From Takakia lepidozioides (lineage: Eukaryota > Plantae > Bryophyta): a DNA stretch of 64,000 nt. The stretch's first letter is position 1. Each line of letters opens with the position of its first letter. The stretch covers positions 47,554,001 through 47,618,000 of the forward strand of contig CM060734.1 in assembly GCA_030704615.1 (NCBI GenBank), written 5' to 3'. Shown in pieces: positions 25,501 through 36,834 of the stretch. The notes beneath the pieces are model-generated. The model had not been told where the DNA came from and searched no databases. It worked only from the letters and a program-made list of their open reading frames with translations. The position numbers and the translations under genes were made by a program.

Positions 25501-28500
25501 TTCACCTTATAGCGTCAATAGATTCATCTGTGATATCAAACTATGCTGATATGCCACGTTTGCTGCAGAAAAATGATAGCCTGCATTCAAGCCCCTCTGG
25601 GAGCTTTGATTTGGAGCACTTGTCAAATGGTTCCACAGGAGCTTTTGGCCCTTTGGAATCAGAGTTTAAAGGTCCTCGCCGCAGCTCTTTCAGTCGTAGA
25701 GTTGAGGACCTATCAGCCATCGATTCGTTCCCTGAGCCCACACAAGCTGGCGAGCTCTTCAGTGCAACTGTCCGGGGTCGAAGACCACCTCCGGTGAGTC
25801 AAGAATTCTTCTGCATCTGTGTGCCTCTTTAAGATTAAATGGTAAGAACAAGTGGCAAAAGTTTTTGCCTTTGTGAGACAGGTGTTTGGCTGCAATCTGT
25901 TTTCAGGGAAGAGGAGTCAAGAGGAATCAGCTTCCATCTCCAATCAAATCAAAATGTGAAGCTGAATGTTTTGCTCAGTCTATAGACCTCCAGCTCAGTG
26001 TTTGCAGAATTTTTTTTTTCTATATGTGACTTTGTGGCGGATTTTGATTGCAGATGGGGACAACGATGGCAGACCAAATGGATTTGCTGAGGGAGCAAAG
26101 CAAGATGCTGGCAGGAGAGGTCGCCTTTTGTACTAGCTCTCTCAAGCGGTTGACTGAACAAGCTGCCAACAACCCAGATGATGTGCAAATCCAAGTAAGC
26201 TCCCTTCTTGCTTCAGTTTCAAGGTATAGAATTGTGGCACTGAGATGCAATGATAGAAGGTAGCTTAAGAGACATGGTAGGTTGGGGAGGAATAGAACAG
26301 AGGGAGAGTGATACCAGCCCCAGACAGACTCGCAGTGCTGGCCCAGTCAGTAGCCAGCCAGGGAAGGACACAACATTTTCACAGTGTGGAAAATTCTCGA
26401 GAAATTGTTGGAAAGTATGTGTTGATGGGTGAAAATTTGTGGGCTCATGTGAAGCTCCAAGTAGAGAAGACCAAGGAGGAAATCAGTGAAAAGCGGCGCC
26501 AAATGTGGCTGCTTGAACAGCGGATGAAGTCATCAGATACACCACAACAGCTTCACGGAAATCCCTTCGAGATGTCACAGGTAGCTTTTATTTTCAGTTT
26601 AGTTTGGAAACTCATGACAACCTAAAAACAAAACCACACAGCTCCAAAAAGTTGATCCACAGTTGATCAATGGCACTAACAAGTCCTTACCATCTTGAGT
26701 TAGTTCTGTTTGTGGTAACTAAAAGGTATGAGTTTTACCTGCTGTCTTGTGTGGTGTGTACGCAGAAAATTTCAAAACTACTGACTCAGCTCAATGAAAA
26801 CACCTTTGACCTTGAGGTTAGTTATGAAACCACTACTGGATGTCCTTACATTGCTAATAGCCTTTACAAGGCACAAATTTCTCGTGGGGTGTAGATTTAC
26901 AATGTTGGCAGGGAATCTTTGGTTTTTGTGAGTGTAGTTTATTAATCTGTTTCTTTTCACCTCCTACCCTCTGTGAACTTTATAATGTATCTGTTTTTCT
27001 CTAATAGGCCCTCTGATCTTCCGTGGATGTCATAACTTTCTCCTCTCTGTGGTGCTTGGATGGTTGTCAATGAAGGTATCTTTGAGACCTGCAACCCAGA
27101 AACCAGTAACCCATCTTTGTTCTGCCAAGCTCATGGAATACCCATAACCTCTCTATCATGGAATGTGTGTGTCCTGTCATGAGAAGAAGAGTGAAACCTA
27201 TCTAGGAAATTCTCTTACAACTAATGTACCCCATGGGATGAAGAAGCTCCCATTGCTTTCAAAGATTCTTGTTCATCAAGTTCTTACTGATTGCAACTGC
27301 GCCAGCTTTCTGCATGGCTTGGAAAATCTCTCCATCTCCGTGTGATCTGACAGTCTTGTACTGAATTCTGTGGTTGGTGGTGCAGATTAAGACGGCAGAT
27401 AATCGTATTTTGCGAGAGCAGCTGCAAGCCAAGGTTTGTGGTCAGTTTTATTTTATTGTTTCCAAATGATCTTTCACATGGAGCTGGACATGGACAACAT
27501 ATTTCTGTGGTCTGAATTGATCTTGACTTTGTCTGACAGACTGAGGAGAACAAGGAGTTGCAAGAATCGATGGAATCACTTCAGCAGGAGCTGCAATTGG
27601 CTTTGATGGAGACAAACGCCATTCGCCACAGGCCAAGTGACAGCCTGGTAGACAATTCGGAGGAAATAGGAGGCTGGTTGAACACTGGGGGTTTATCTGG
27701 TGAGCTCCGACATGTGGAACAGAATGGTTCTGAGAGTGACAGTCATGACCGCAATTCAGGGGCAGCCGATGGTGACACACACTTGCAATCACGGATCTTT
27801 CTGCAGGTTCATCTTCATGCCCCTGGATTTCTTACAAGTAATTATGGGTGATACTCACTCAGCCAGCCTTTGTTTGTAGATTTCCTTTTGAATGTCCATG
27901 CTTTTAACTGCTAGCTTGTATGTAAACCCAGTGTATGGTTTATTTTGTGTGTCATGGATAGGAGTGGTATGTCTATGTTGCATGTTCTCTGTGCTACAAT
28001 GTAGGTTCCAGTTTGAGCTCTTGTCACTCGTAGCTCAATAAACAAGCATTTATATGCCTGATTAAGCTCACATGTTTTCGTTGTTGGCTACAGGCAGCTG
28101 AGATAGAGAAGCTGAATCAGGAGAAAATGCAACTCATTGAGGACAAGGGGGGTCTAAAGATACAGACTGAGAAACTGGCGGAGGAGGCAGCCTATGCTAA
28201 AGAGCTTGCTTCGCAGGCTGCTGTGGAACTCAAGAATCTGGCTGAAGAAGTGACTAAGCTCTCATTTCAAAATACAAAACTTCGGACCGAATTGATCCAG
28301 GCTCAAGAACTCACTTTCCAGAATGCCAAGCTTCAAAATCAGTTGTCCAAGTTGCAGATTGATTTGACTGAAGTGCAGAAAAATGCCCCAGTTAATTTAC
28401 CTTTGGTGAATGCCGGCAGTAGTATCAGCCCAGGGGGTAACTATTTGAGCAATGGTGGTGGAAATGTCAGCAGCAAGCATAATAAACTCATTGGCCCTGC

Positions 28501-29377
28501 TAATCCTTTTGATGAAATTGATATGTGGCAGCTTGATTCTGAGCAAGTAATAGATGAACTGAAGAAAGAGCTTGGATCAGCCAAGATGAAGGAGGCTGCC
28601 TTGGAGGCCAGTATGGCAGAGAGAGAAGAGAGAGAGGTACTGCTACAGAAGAAGTTGGATGAAGCTAAACAGCATGAAACGGATTTGGAGAACGATTTAG
28701 CTGGCATGTGGGTGGTAGTGGCAAAAATGAAGGAGAAGGAGGCTGCCATGGACCAGCAGATCCACACAGAGTCCCAAGATTCCTACCAGGAGGTTCGAAT
28801 CAATGGTACGGGGGACGGTATACACCATCCAGCTGCATCAGTGAGCACACTTCAAGGCTCCAGCAAGCTTGTAAACCTTGAGGATGGCTTAGAACCCGTA
28901 TCAGACCAAATGGCAAGGACAGAACTGCAAGAGTCTTATGAGGACAACTTTCAAAACAATGGAAGGGGATTAGCTTCTGGGCCCCCAGACCCCGTTGATA
29001 GAGACCAGTACACAGATACTGAAGACAGCACTTTTCTGCCAAATAAGAAATCGACGAGTTTTGGGTCTTTTGAGGTTGCAGCAGTTGAAATTGGACTTGA
29101 CAATAGCAAATTTTCAGATAGACTGGAAAGCAATGGGACTGCAGTGACGGAGAGAGCTGGCGGAAAGATGGGGCGTTCCCTTGAACAGTTTAAATTATTT
29201 ATGGAAGAGGAAAGGCGACGGGGGGCAGGCCTGGGTGAACTTTTATCAGATTTAAAGGCAAGCTCAATCTCAACATCTGTCCCCCTTTCAAATGCACCCT
29301 CTCTCCACACAGGTGACTGGCTGTCTGGGTCTTTGCAGGTCGGTCGCAAGTTGGATGGACATCTGGAAGTCTTGTGA
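13511..29377 (+). CDS. KIN7: Kinesin-7 (CENP-E-like, plant KIN7C/D/E type) motor protein. Exons: 13511-13866, 14762-14859, 15344-15433, 15695-15747, 15997-16062, 16286-16339, 16578-16637, 16790-16868, 17132-17199, 17697-17759, 21268-21372, 21525-21629, 22959-23066, 23465-23611, 24507-24692, 25009-25176, 25569-25793, 26054-26194, 26455-26580, 26766-26816, 27386-27433, 27540-27806, 28094-29257, 29339-29377
   Basis: Ser/Pro-rich N-terminus, [13 protein letters not shown]-loop [18 protein letters not shown], switch I NLLSSRSH, switch [37 protein letters not shown], and KIN7-typical stalk motifs ([42 protein letters not shown]). Splice phases are consistent. Confidence 0.93.
14990..15260 (-). mobile_element. 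Degenerate LINE (RTEX-like) C-terminal fragment in kinesin intron 2
   Basis: [22 protein letters not shown], a motif typical of the region before the C-terminal zinc finger of non-LTR RT ORFs. Confidence 0.6.
17950..20400 (+). mobile_element. 5'-truncated non-LTR retrotransposon (RTE/RTEX-like) in kinesin intron 10, sense orientation
   Basis: RT motifs [46 protein letters not shown] and YLG; C-terminal [14 protein letters not shown]. One stop at 18348-18350 and a frameshift near 20100. No endonuclease domain. Confidence 0.92.
18351..20395 (+). pseudogene. LINE reverse transcriptase ORF remnant
   Basis: 585-aa ORF 18423-20180 with a frameshifted continuation at 20114-20395. Confidence 0.88.
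20415..21120 (+). mobile_element. Older, degenerate 3' copy of the same LINE directly downstream
   Basis: Matches about 19650-20400 ([24 protein letters not shown], and the 3' end CACAAGGCTACAGCAACCAATGTCTTATGAGT). Confidence 0.85.
23860..24095 (+). mobile_element. LINE 3'-end fragment in kinesin intron 14
   Basis: Near-identical to about 20134-20375; preceded by (TTTC)n. Confidence 0.88.
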
Positions 29378-29871
29378 AATAGTCACTACGATTCATAGCA
29401 GTCTATGTGAGAGCAGGATGGGCGAGAGAGAGACGGATAGGTCCATCCCAGTGTCATGCTTGTCATGCTAACAAGCAAAATTAGGCTTGGAGAATAGACA
29501 AACGAACAGACCAACCAACAGATGGACAATGTAGATGACAAGATGCCACGGCATCTTTTAGGAGCCTGTTCACATATGTTAACCATTTTTTGGTACATGT
29601 TACCATTGTTGAAAAGGAAAAATGTAGAACTGCACATGAAGGCCATGTGCTTGGAAGCTCATTGTTTGGGTCCATCTGGGCATCTCAAGTGCTTTTTGAG
29701 ACAGTCTATTTTGCTGATTGCAATCAATCACATGGACTTCTAGAAGCTCTTTCCACCCATCAAAATGTGCATTTTTGTATATTGATGAGTTGATGTATGT
29801 AAGACAATCATCTTCTGTTTATCTGAAACAATGTTTCTTTGATGCCATTCCTTACGTCATTCAAGCTTGTT

Positions 29872-29932
29872 CCTTCCAAATTGGGCGTGGGGTCTATGAC
29901 CACAAGGCTACGGCAAAGAACGTCTTGAGTAC
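29872..29932 (+). mobile_element. Short LINE 3'-terminal fragment
   Basis: CAAATTGGGCGTGGGGTCTATGACCACAAGGCTACGGCAAAGAACGTCTTGAGTACA matches about 20342-20399. Confidence 0.75.
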
Positions 29933-30818
29933 ATTGTCATGTAATGAAGGACACTGGTATTTACATCAACATTGGATGGGAATACGTTGAAGTGCATGGA
30001 TCTAGGCCCATGAGGGTCCAAAAGGTAGATGCTGTACTGTTTTAGACCACCTCACCATTCTCTCATCCTTCTCTTTCCTGCAGCTTCAGATGTTTCCTCA
30101 AATATTTAATTTAACTGGGCAGAAATCAGGTTTCTTAAGAATCTATGAGACATGAGGGAGGGTGGGAGACTTTATAGCGAGCTTCACAAAAGATGGCATT
30201 TCCATATTGAGATTGATCTTTGACACTGTTTTTGAGGGAACAAAGGCTGCAGCAGATCTTGCTTTGCACCATGGTTCACGCATGTTGGGTGTCTGGTGAT
30301 CAACCATCGAGGGGCAATTGAGTTCCTGCGCCACCAGGTACTTCAGATAATTCTCAAGTTGTTTTTGTCAAGAGCACTTTGTTGCTTTTTCACTGTCATG
30401 AGTAGCAGTGATCTCTTGTTTGTGTAAGGATATGGGTTGTTGCGCAGGTTTGGACGGGAGAGGAAACCAGTCTCCATGGAACATGCCTTCATTCGTTGGC
30501 TCAATAAAGAAGATTGACTTTGATGAAATGAGAGATCAAAACACCATGGCTGTGGTAGAGTAACGGTGGACTGTTTCTGTCTGCACTGGGACTGGACACT
30601 TGACATCCAGCGAGTAGTCCTGCCTTAGGAATGCAAGGCCAATAAACTCTTAAGCTCTAAGTTATCAATCATGATGCGAGTGCTTGCAAAAGGAAACAAA
30701 TTGATTGTTTCAGTGAGAAGGTTTACTTGACATGCAAGAAAGTTGTGATAGAATCAATCAGCTCCAACTAGGTGGTTGTCTGAGCTGGTGTACAGTGCAA
30801 TGACTTCTATGTTTCCCC

Positions 30819-31500
30819 ACTTGGAACAATTTGGGAAACCCACCAAAGTAAGAGTCATAACATTCAGTCTGTACTTAATGAGATCTAACGTACATCTAGT
30901 AAAACAAATGGTCCTGCAAATGGCAGCTACAAGTTACAACTCAAATCCTCCAACCTATCAGAAAGTTGTATGAATACTGTGAAGGAGCAGCAGTCAAACT
31001 CGGTGCAAATGTGATAGGAAGGTAGCTGAGCTCGAGCCAGTGAGATGAGACTCGCCAATGGTATGTGTGATGCGCCGTTCCCTTTGAGTATCATTCTTCA
31101 CGTCGTACCACAAGAGGTGTGTATTGGTAAGCCAACTGCCGTTGCCCAAAAAGCTTTGGAAAACAATTGGCAATGCACAGCAAAAGGTGACTACATCTGG
31201 ATGCTAGAGAGGAGACTGGAGAGATGTGCAACGTGAAGAATGATCTCAAGGGGAACGGGGCACATCATAGAGAACATTGGCTAGTCTTATCCATCTCACT
31301 GGCTGGAGCTCTGATACCTTCCCATCTGCTCCTTTACAATATTCATACAACTTTCTGATCGTGTTCAAGGAAGATCTAAACTGTTACTTGTAGCTGCAAT
31401 TTGTAGGACCATTTGTTTTTATAGATGTACGCTAGATCTCAACAATTAGAGACTGAATGTTATGACTCTCAATTAGGTGGGTTTCCCAAATTGTTCAAGT
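30819..31500. repeat. Foldback hairpin or MITE-like element with ~280-bp imperfect arms and a ~125-bp loop
   Basis: GAACAATTTGGGAAACCCACC (30823) pairs with GGTGGGTTTCCCAAATTGTTC (ending 31496). Inner ends ATCATTCTTCACGT (about 31103) and ACGTGAAGAATGAT (31231). Confidence 0.85.
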
Positions 31501-31805
31501 AGAGTTTGCGACTATGGTAAAAATGGTACTTACGACTATAAATGTAGTGAAATGGATAGTCGTAAATCCCAGTTTATGTTGTCTCTGTAAAAGGGGACGT
31601 GTTATGGTGTAGCCAGCACTTTGCTGTTTGCCTGACTTTGGCCCACGTGGCACTTGGTGGCTGGGCATGTCAGTGGGTTCAACTCCCACTTGGGTCTATT
31701 CACTTTGCAAAGAACCCTCTCGTTTTGTATCTGGACATTAAAGAAACTTTATCTTTATTTTTTTATTTTTATCTCTAGGGGTAAATTTATATGACCTTGC
31801 AAACA

Positions 31806-34445
31806 ATATACACAACGTTGACCAAGATTTTAGGATTAAGGCATTTTTCTCTGCAACATTTAGTTGGACTTCAATCACAAATTTGGTGTGTTCCCAAATG
31901 TGGCCACGGAATATATCTGGTTAATAAAGGGATGAATTGGGGTTCAGCCAAAATTATCTATTTTTGCTATTTTTTTATTTAGAAAAGTTTGTAACGGGAT
32001 GGTATGCAAATTTGGCAGTCTTGCCATAGTTGATATGGCTACTTTGCTTTTAGCAAGGGTTTAACCATGTCAAGGAGACGGAAGAACCCTCAGAAACTAG
32101 AGGAACTAGAGGTGAGTTGTAGGGCAAAGCCTTTGGCAGACGCAAAAGCAACTTTGCCTAGACCCCTCTTATTGGGGAGGCTATGGCGCAGAGCTCTTCC
32201 AGGCATGAGCATATTTCTGGTAAGAGTCTTCTTATACTTGGTTGTTGCTTTGTAGATAGTTAATGCTTGTATGTGTCTGTATAGTGTTGAATTGTTTGTT
32301 GTATGCATGTATGTGAAGCTAAAGCTATGTGTTTTTTGGCAGAGCTTCATCTCGAGGGATTCTCCCCATTGATGCCTCCATTGGGATCTCCGCAGTCTCC
32401 AACGAAGAAGGAGTTGTATGCCATGGTTATGGAGGTGAAGACAAACCTCAAGGAATTTAAAGACCTCGCATGGGAGTGGAGCAAGAAGGACCTCATTGTG
32501 TGTGCAGCGGAAGTCTTGAAGTGGCGTCTCAATATGAGAGGAGAGGAGGACAGCGATGGGAAGCAATTCTTCCGAAACGATTTGCTTTTGCCCGTGGTGG
32601 TGAGTAATAAGCATTAAGGCATTACTATGTTACTACTCAATTGTCACATTGATCTTGTATCAGTTACTTTCGATGACATAAGTGAAGGATATAAGTGTTT
32701 ACTGGTATTTTCAGTTAAGTCATGTTATTAACTTTTGAACTTACCATTCAGGTAGGTTCCAAGGCCAAGGGCATGACTCTACAAGATTACCGGGACCTCT
32801 CTCATCACCGTATTAATTTGAGAATTTCACCAGCGCATTTTGACAATGTCGAGGCGCTTGAGTCTGCCGTGGCTCTGCACGGGCCGTCAGACTATTTCCT
32901 GACCTCCGGTTTTCTCTTCCAGACCAATGTGCGGTCATTGACCACTTCAAGGACCTCAAGCAGGTTCTGCCTCACAGTTTCATTTAGAATGTAAAGATCT
33001 TCTTTTGTACGAAATAGATTTACACAGATGAGTTTGCTTGCTTGATAGATGATTTACAGTTATCTGAGAGCTCCTGCAGGCTTTCACTCATCCAAATGTA
33101 CATAATTCTTCTTGATTAGTGTTTATCCTTCCCATTTTTGGAGAGCTGGATTGATTCGTCATATGGTCCTCTTAATAACCTCTTAAGCCAATTCTAAGGG
33201 CTTCAATTCCCCTTTTCTCAAAAAAAGAAAGAAAAGAAGAAACCTTGGCATGAGGTGCCTATCAAGAGGTTATGCTTGTGAGCAAATGAGTCAAATTTAT
33301 TTGCTCATGCCTGGAAGAGCTCTCTGCCATAGCTTCCCTAACAAGAGCGGGGAATATTCAAAGTTGCATGATGACGTGAAAAGATATCTGCTCTGTTTTT
33401 TTAGAGTTGACAACAAAAAATCAACCATTAAATTGAACATGTGTTCATTAGAGCCAGTCCTTCAAAATTCTTCTCAGTCAATTTTATAATTCACTATTCT
33501 CTAGTACAAAATCTTGCATATAACTACAGCTGTAGTCTATTAAACTTGATATTTATACAAATATGGGAGCATCATTTCATTAATCCAAAAATATGATTTA
33601 CTATTATTATTTTGTCATGGCATAATGTCGTCTGTTCATTTATAACCTCACATATAACCTCTGTGCACTTTGTACATAATCGTCACTAGCCTCGTCTTAC
33701 GGACACACTACAAAACACAACTGTGCACGAAATATCGTAACATTGTTCATCAACTCTAAATTCATTATCTCATTATCTTGTAAATTAGTTCTTTTCAATT
33801 GCTATATTATTTTTATATACTATATCTAATCTGACCAACCTCCATTAATATTACTCTTTATTATGATAAAATTCAAACCATCGTCATACAATTTATACTT
33901 TGTTTTCAACTCTAATTTGTTTTTACAATCCTAATATATATCTAATTTATTATTTCAATAATAAAAATAGATGTATAATTCATATTACTCAACATTTGTA
34001 ACATGTACATGATTACCATTATATTGTTGGAAACTGTTTATTTGATTCGGTTGCTTATTTGTTGCATCATGCAGTATCGTCTAAAAATCTATGTCGTCAA
34101 AACATGACACGTTTTCTATAAACTTTACAACCGCCTACTGATGAAGTAGTTGAAATTATTCAAATCCATTTTCCTTCGGAAGCTCTCTATGAACTACATG
34201 GTATTCGTACAATCGAAGAAGTTGTTCAAAAAATGTCCAATAATGTTATTTATGGAGGTTTGGAAAGTGATAACGTGTCATTCTTTATTTAGCAAACTAT
34301 TTACAAAGATCAATTCTATTATTGTCTCGAGTAAACAAAAGAGTAATTTTTATGTGGGTGATCAATTTATTTCTTATACCCCTCTCCAAACACGCTATCA
34401 AGAGTGGGCGCTTCGAACTAATTGTCTTAAAAACAACTCATTGCA
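31806..34445 (+). repeat. Left arm of a long inverted duplication (partner: 35061-36225 plus 47500-48940)
   Basis: 33270-34445 is the reverse complement of 35061-36225; 31806-33266 is the reverse complement of 47500-48940. Confidence 0.93.
32053..32994 (+). pseudogene. Spliced gene fragment of unknown function (exons about 32053-32111, 32343-32599, 32752-32994), duplicated in inverted orientation at about 47780-48715
   Basis: Phase-compatible GT-AG junctions give ...ETEEPSETRGTRELHLEGFSPLMPPLGSPQSPTKKELYAMVMEVK...LLLPVV/VGSKAKGMTLQDYRDLSHHRINLR. Family not recognised. Confidence 0.5.
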
Positions 34446-35060
34446 AAAATTGATTACTAAATCCAAACTTGTTGTATGGGCTATGATGTGATGTGAAGAA
34501 TTACTAATTTGAAAAACTAGAGCAAACCGAGACGATTTGATTTTGCGCGTGGTGGTGAGTATCTAATAAGCATTAAGACATTACTATCTTACTACTCAAT
34601 TGTCTACATTGATCTTGTATCAGTTACTTTTGATGACATAAGTAAAGGATATAAGTGAATATCTCTAATTGTAATTCGTCGCATCACATCATAGCCCATA
34701 CAACTTGTTTGGATTTAATAATCAATTTTTGTGAGTTATGTGTGTGTTTTTTGTTACAATATGATTATTTTAACGATACTATGTCATTCACATGTGTTCA
34801 TGCTTATTCTTTCAGTTTTACATATTTTAGTCTCAATTTGGTAACTTCAGATATTTTGTCCCTAACTAGATAGTAGATTGTTGACAGCCATTGAAACGAG
34901 ATGATTGTGATGTTGCATTGTTGTTGTTCAAAACAATGGGATGTTATTGTCGACCCCCTTTTTTTGTTGGCATGTTGTGATTGCACAAAAGGTTTTATTG
35001 ATTTGCAAATTTTGGAAAGTGAAAAAGATTGAGTATTTGAAATCGATAATGAATTGGAAG

Positions 35061-36225
35061 TGCAATGAGTTGTTTTTAAGACAATGAGTTCCAAGTGCCC
35101 ACTCTTGATAGCGTGTTTGGAGAGGGGTATAAGAACATAAACATTACTCTTTTGTTTACTCGAGACAATAATAGAATTGATCTTTGTAAATAGTTTGCTA
35201 AATAAAGAATGACACGTTATCACTTTCCAAACCTCCATAAATAACATTATTGGACATTTTTTGAACAACTTCTTCGATTGTACGAATACCATGTAGTTCA
35301 TAAAGAGCTTCCGAAGGAAAATGGATCTGAATAATTTCAACTACTTCATCAGTAGGTGGTTGTAAAGTTTATAGAAAACGTGTCATATTTTGACGACATA
35401 GATTTTTAGATGATACTGCATAATGCAACAAATAAGCAACCGAATCAAATAAACAGTTTCCAACAATATAATGGTAATCATGTACACGTTACAAATGTTG
35501 AGTCTGTAATATGAATTATACATCTATTTTTTTTATTGAAATAATAAATTAGATATATATATTAGGATTGTAAAAACAAATTAGAGTTGAAAACAAAGTA
35601 TAAATTGTATGACGATGGTTTGAATTTTATCATAATAAAGAGTAATATTAATGGAGGTTGGTCAGATTAGATATAGTCTATAAAAATAAAATAGTAATTG
35701 AAAAGAACTAATTTACAAGATAATGAGATTATGAATTTAGAGTTGATGAACAATGTTACGATATTTCATGCACAGTTGTGTTTTGTAGTGTGTCCGTAAG
35801 ACGAGGCTAGTGACGATTATGTACAAAGTGCACATAGGTTATATGTGAGGTTATAAATGAACAGACGACATTATGCCATGACAAAATAATAATAGTAAAT
35901 CATATTTTTGGATTAATGAAATGATGCTCCCATATTTGTATAAATATCATGTTTAATAGACTACAGCTGTAGTTATAAGCAAGATTTCGTACTAGAGAAT
36001 AGTGAATTATAAAATTGACTGAGAAGAATTTTGAAGGACTGGTTCTAATGAACACAGGTTCAATTTAATGGTTGATTTTTTGTTGTCAACTCTAAAAAAC
36101 AGAGCGGATATCTTTTCACGTCATCATGCAACTTTGAATATTCCCCATCTTCTTAGGGAAGCTATGGCAAAGAGCTCTTTGAAGCATGAGCAAAGAAGTT
36201 TGACTCCTTTGCCCAGAAGCATAAC
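35061..36225 (-). repeat. Right arm (inner part) of the long inverted duplication
   Basis: Reverse complement of 33270-34445. Confidence 0.93.
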
Positions 36226-36834
36226 GGTATCATTTTCTTTCTGCTTCTTCCTCCGAGAAAGAAGAAACTTTAGAAAATCCATTTTCTTTCTCCAATTCTA
36301 AAAATTCTATTACTACTGCAACAGCTTATGAATCTATAGGTCTTCTACCTCGCTCCATAACCCATACCTTATCCGGATTTCAGACAGAGTTGACGGGTCA
36401 ATCAAGTTCATTAGTACTTCAAGAATTTCGAGTGGTTGATAGGCAGCGTAGCTACAATGTGAGCCCAGCCCCGTGAGCCTGGGAGCTGAGCTCATGTTGT
36501 AGCTGCAAAGCGTGAGCGGCACAAATCTGCTGGAGATTAAGGCCCTATAAGCGAGGATTGCAGGAAGAGGGCCTATTACCGTGGATAAAACAAAAGGGGC
36601 CACAGTGCACCATGTCTGCAATGTCTGCACAAAAAGAGGAATATGAACATATGGCAGATTTGAGGTCAGAATGATTGTCACACTTTATTTCAATTCACAG
36701 AAAGACGCTTACAATGAATGACATGTGCAATTGCTCTGGTTCCGTGAACAAAATGTATGTGTTTGTCCTACATGCAAAGACTTCACACGATAAGCTGGAA
36801 ACTAGCATGGGAAATGGGCATGGCTTGTCTGTGT

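Noticed and set aside
34150-35340. Mirror-image ORFs MKLFKSIFLRK / MKLFRSIFLRK
   Set aside because: A by-product of the AT-rich inverted repeat, with non-ATG starts and no protein-like features.
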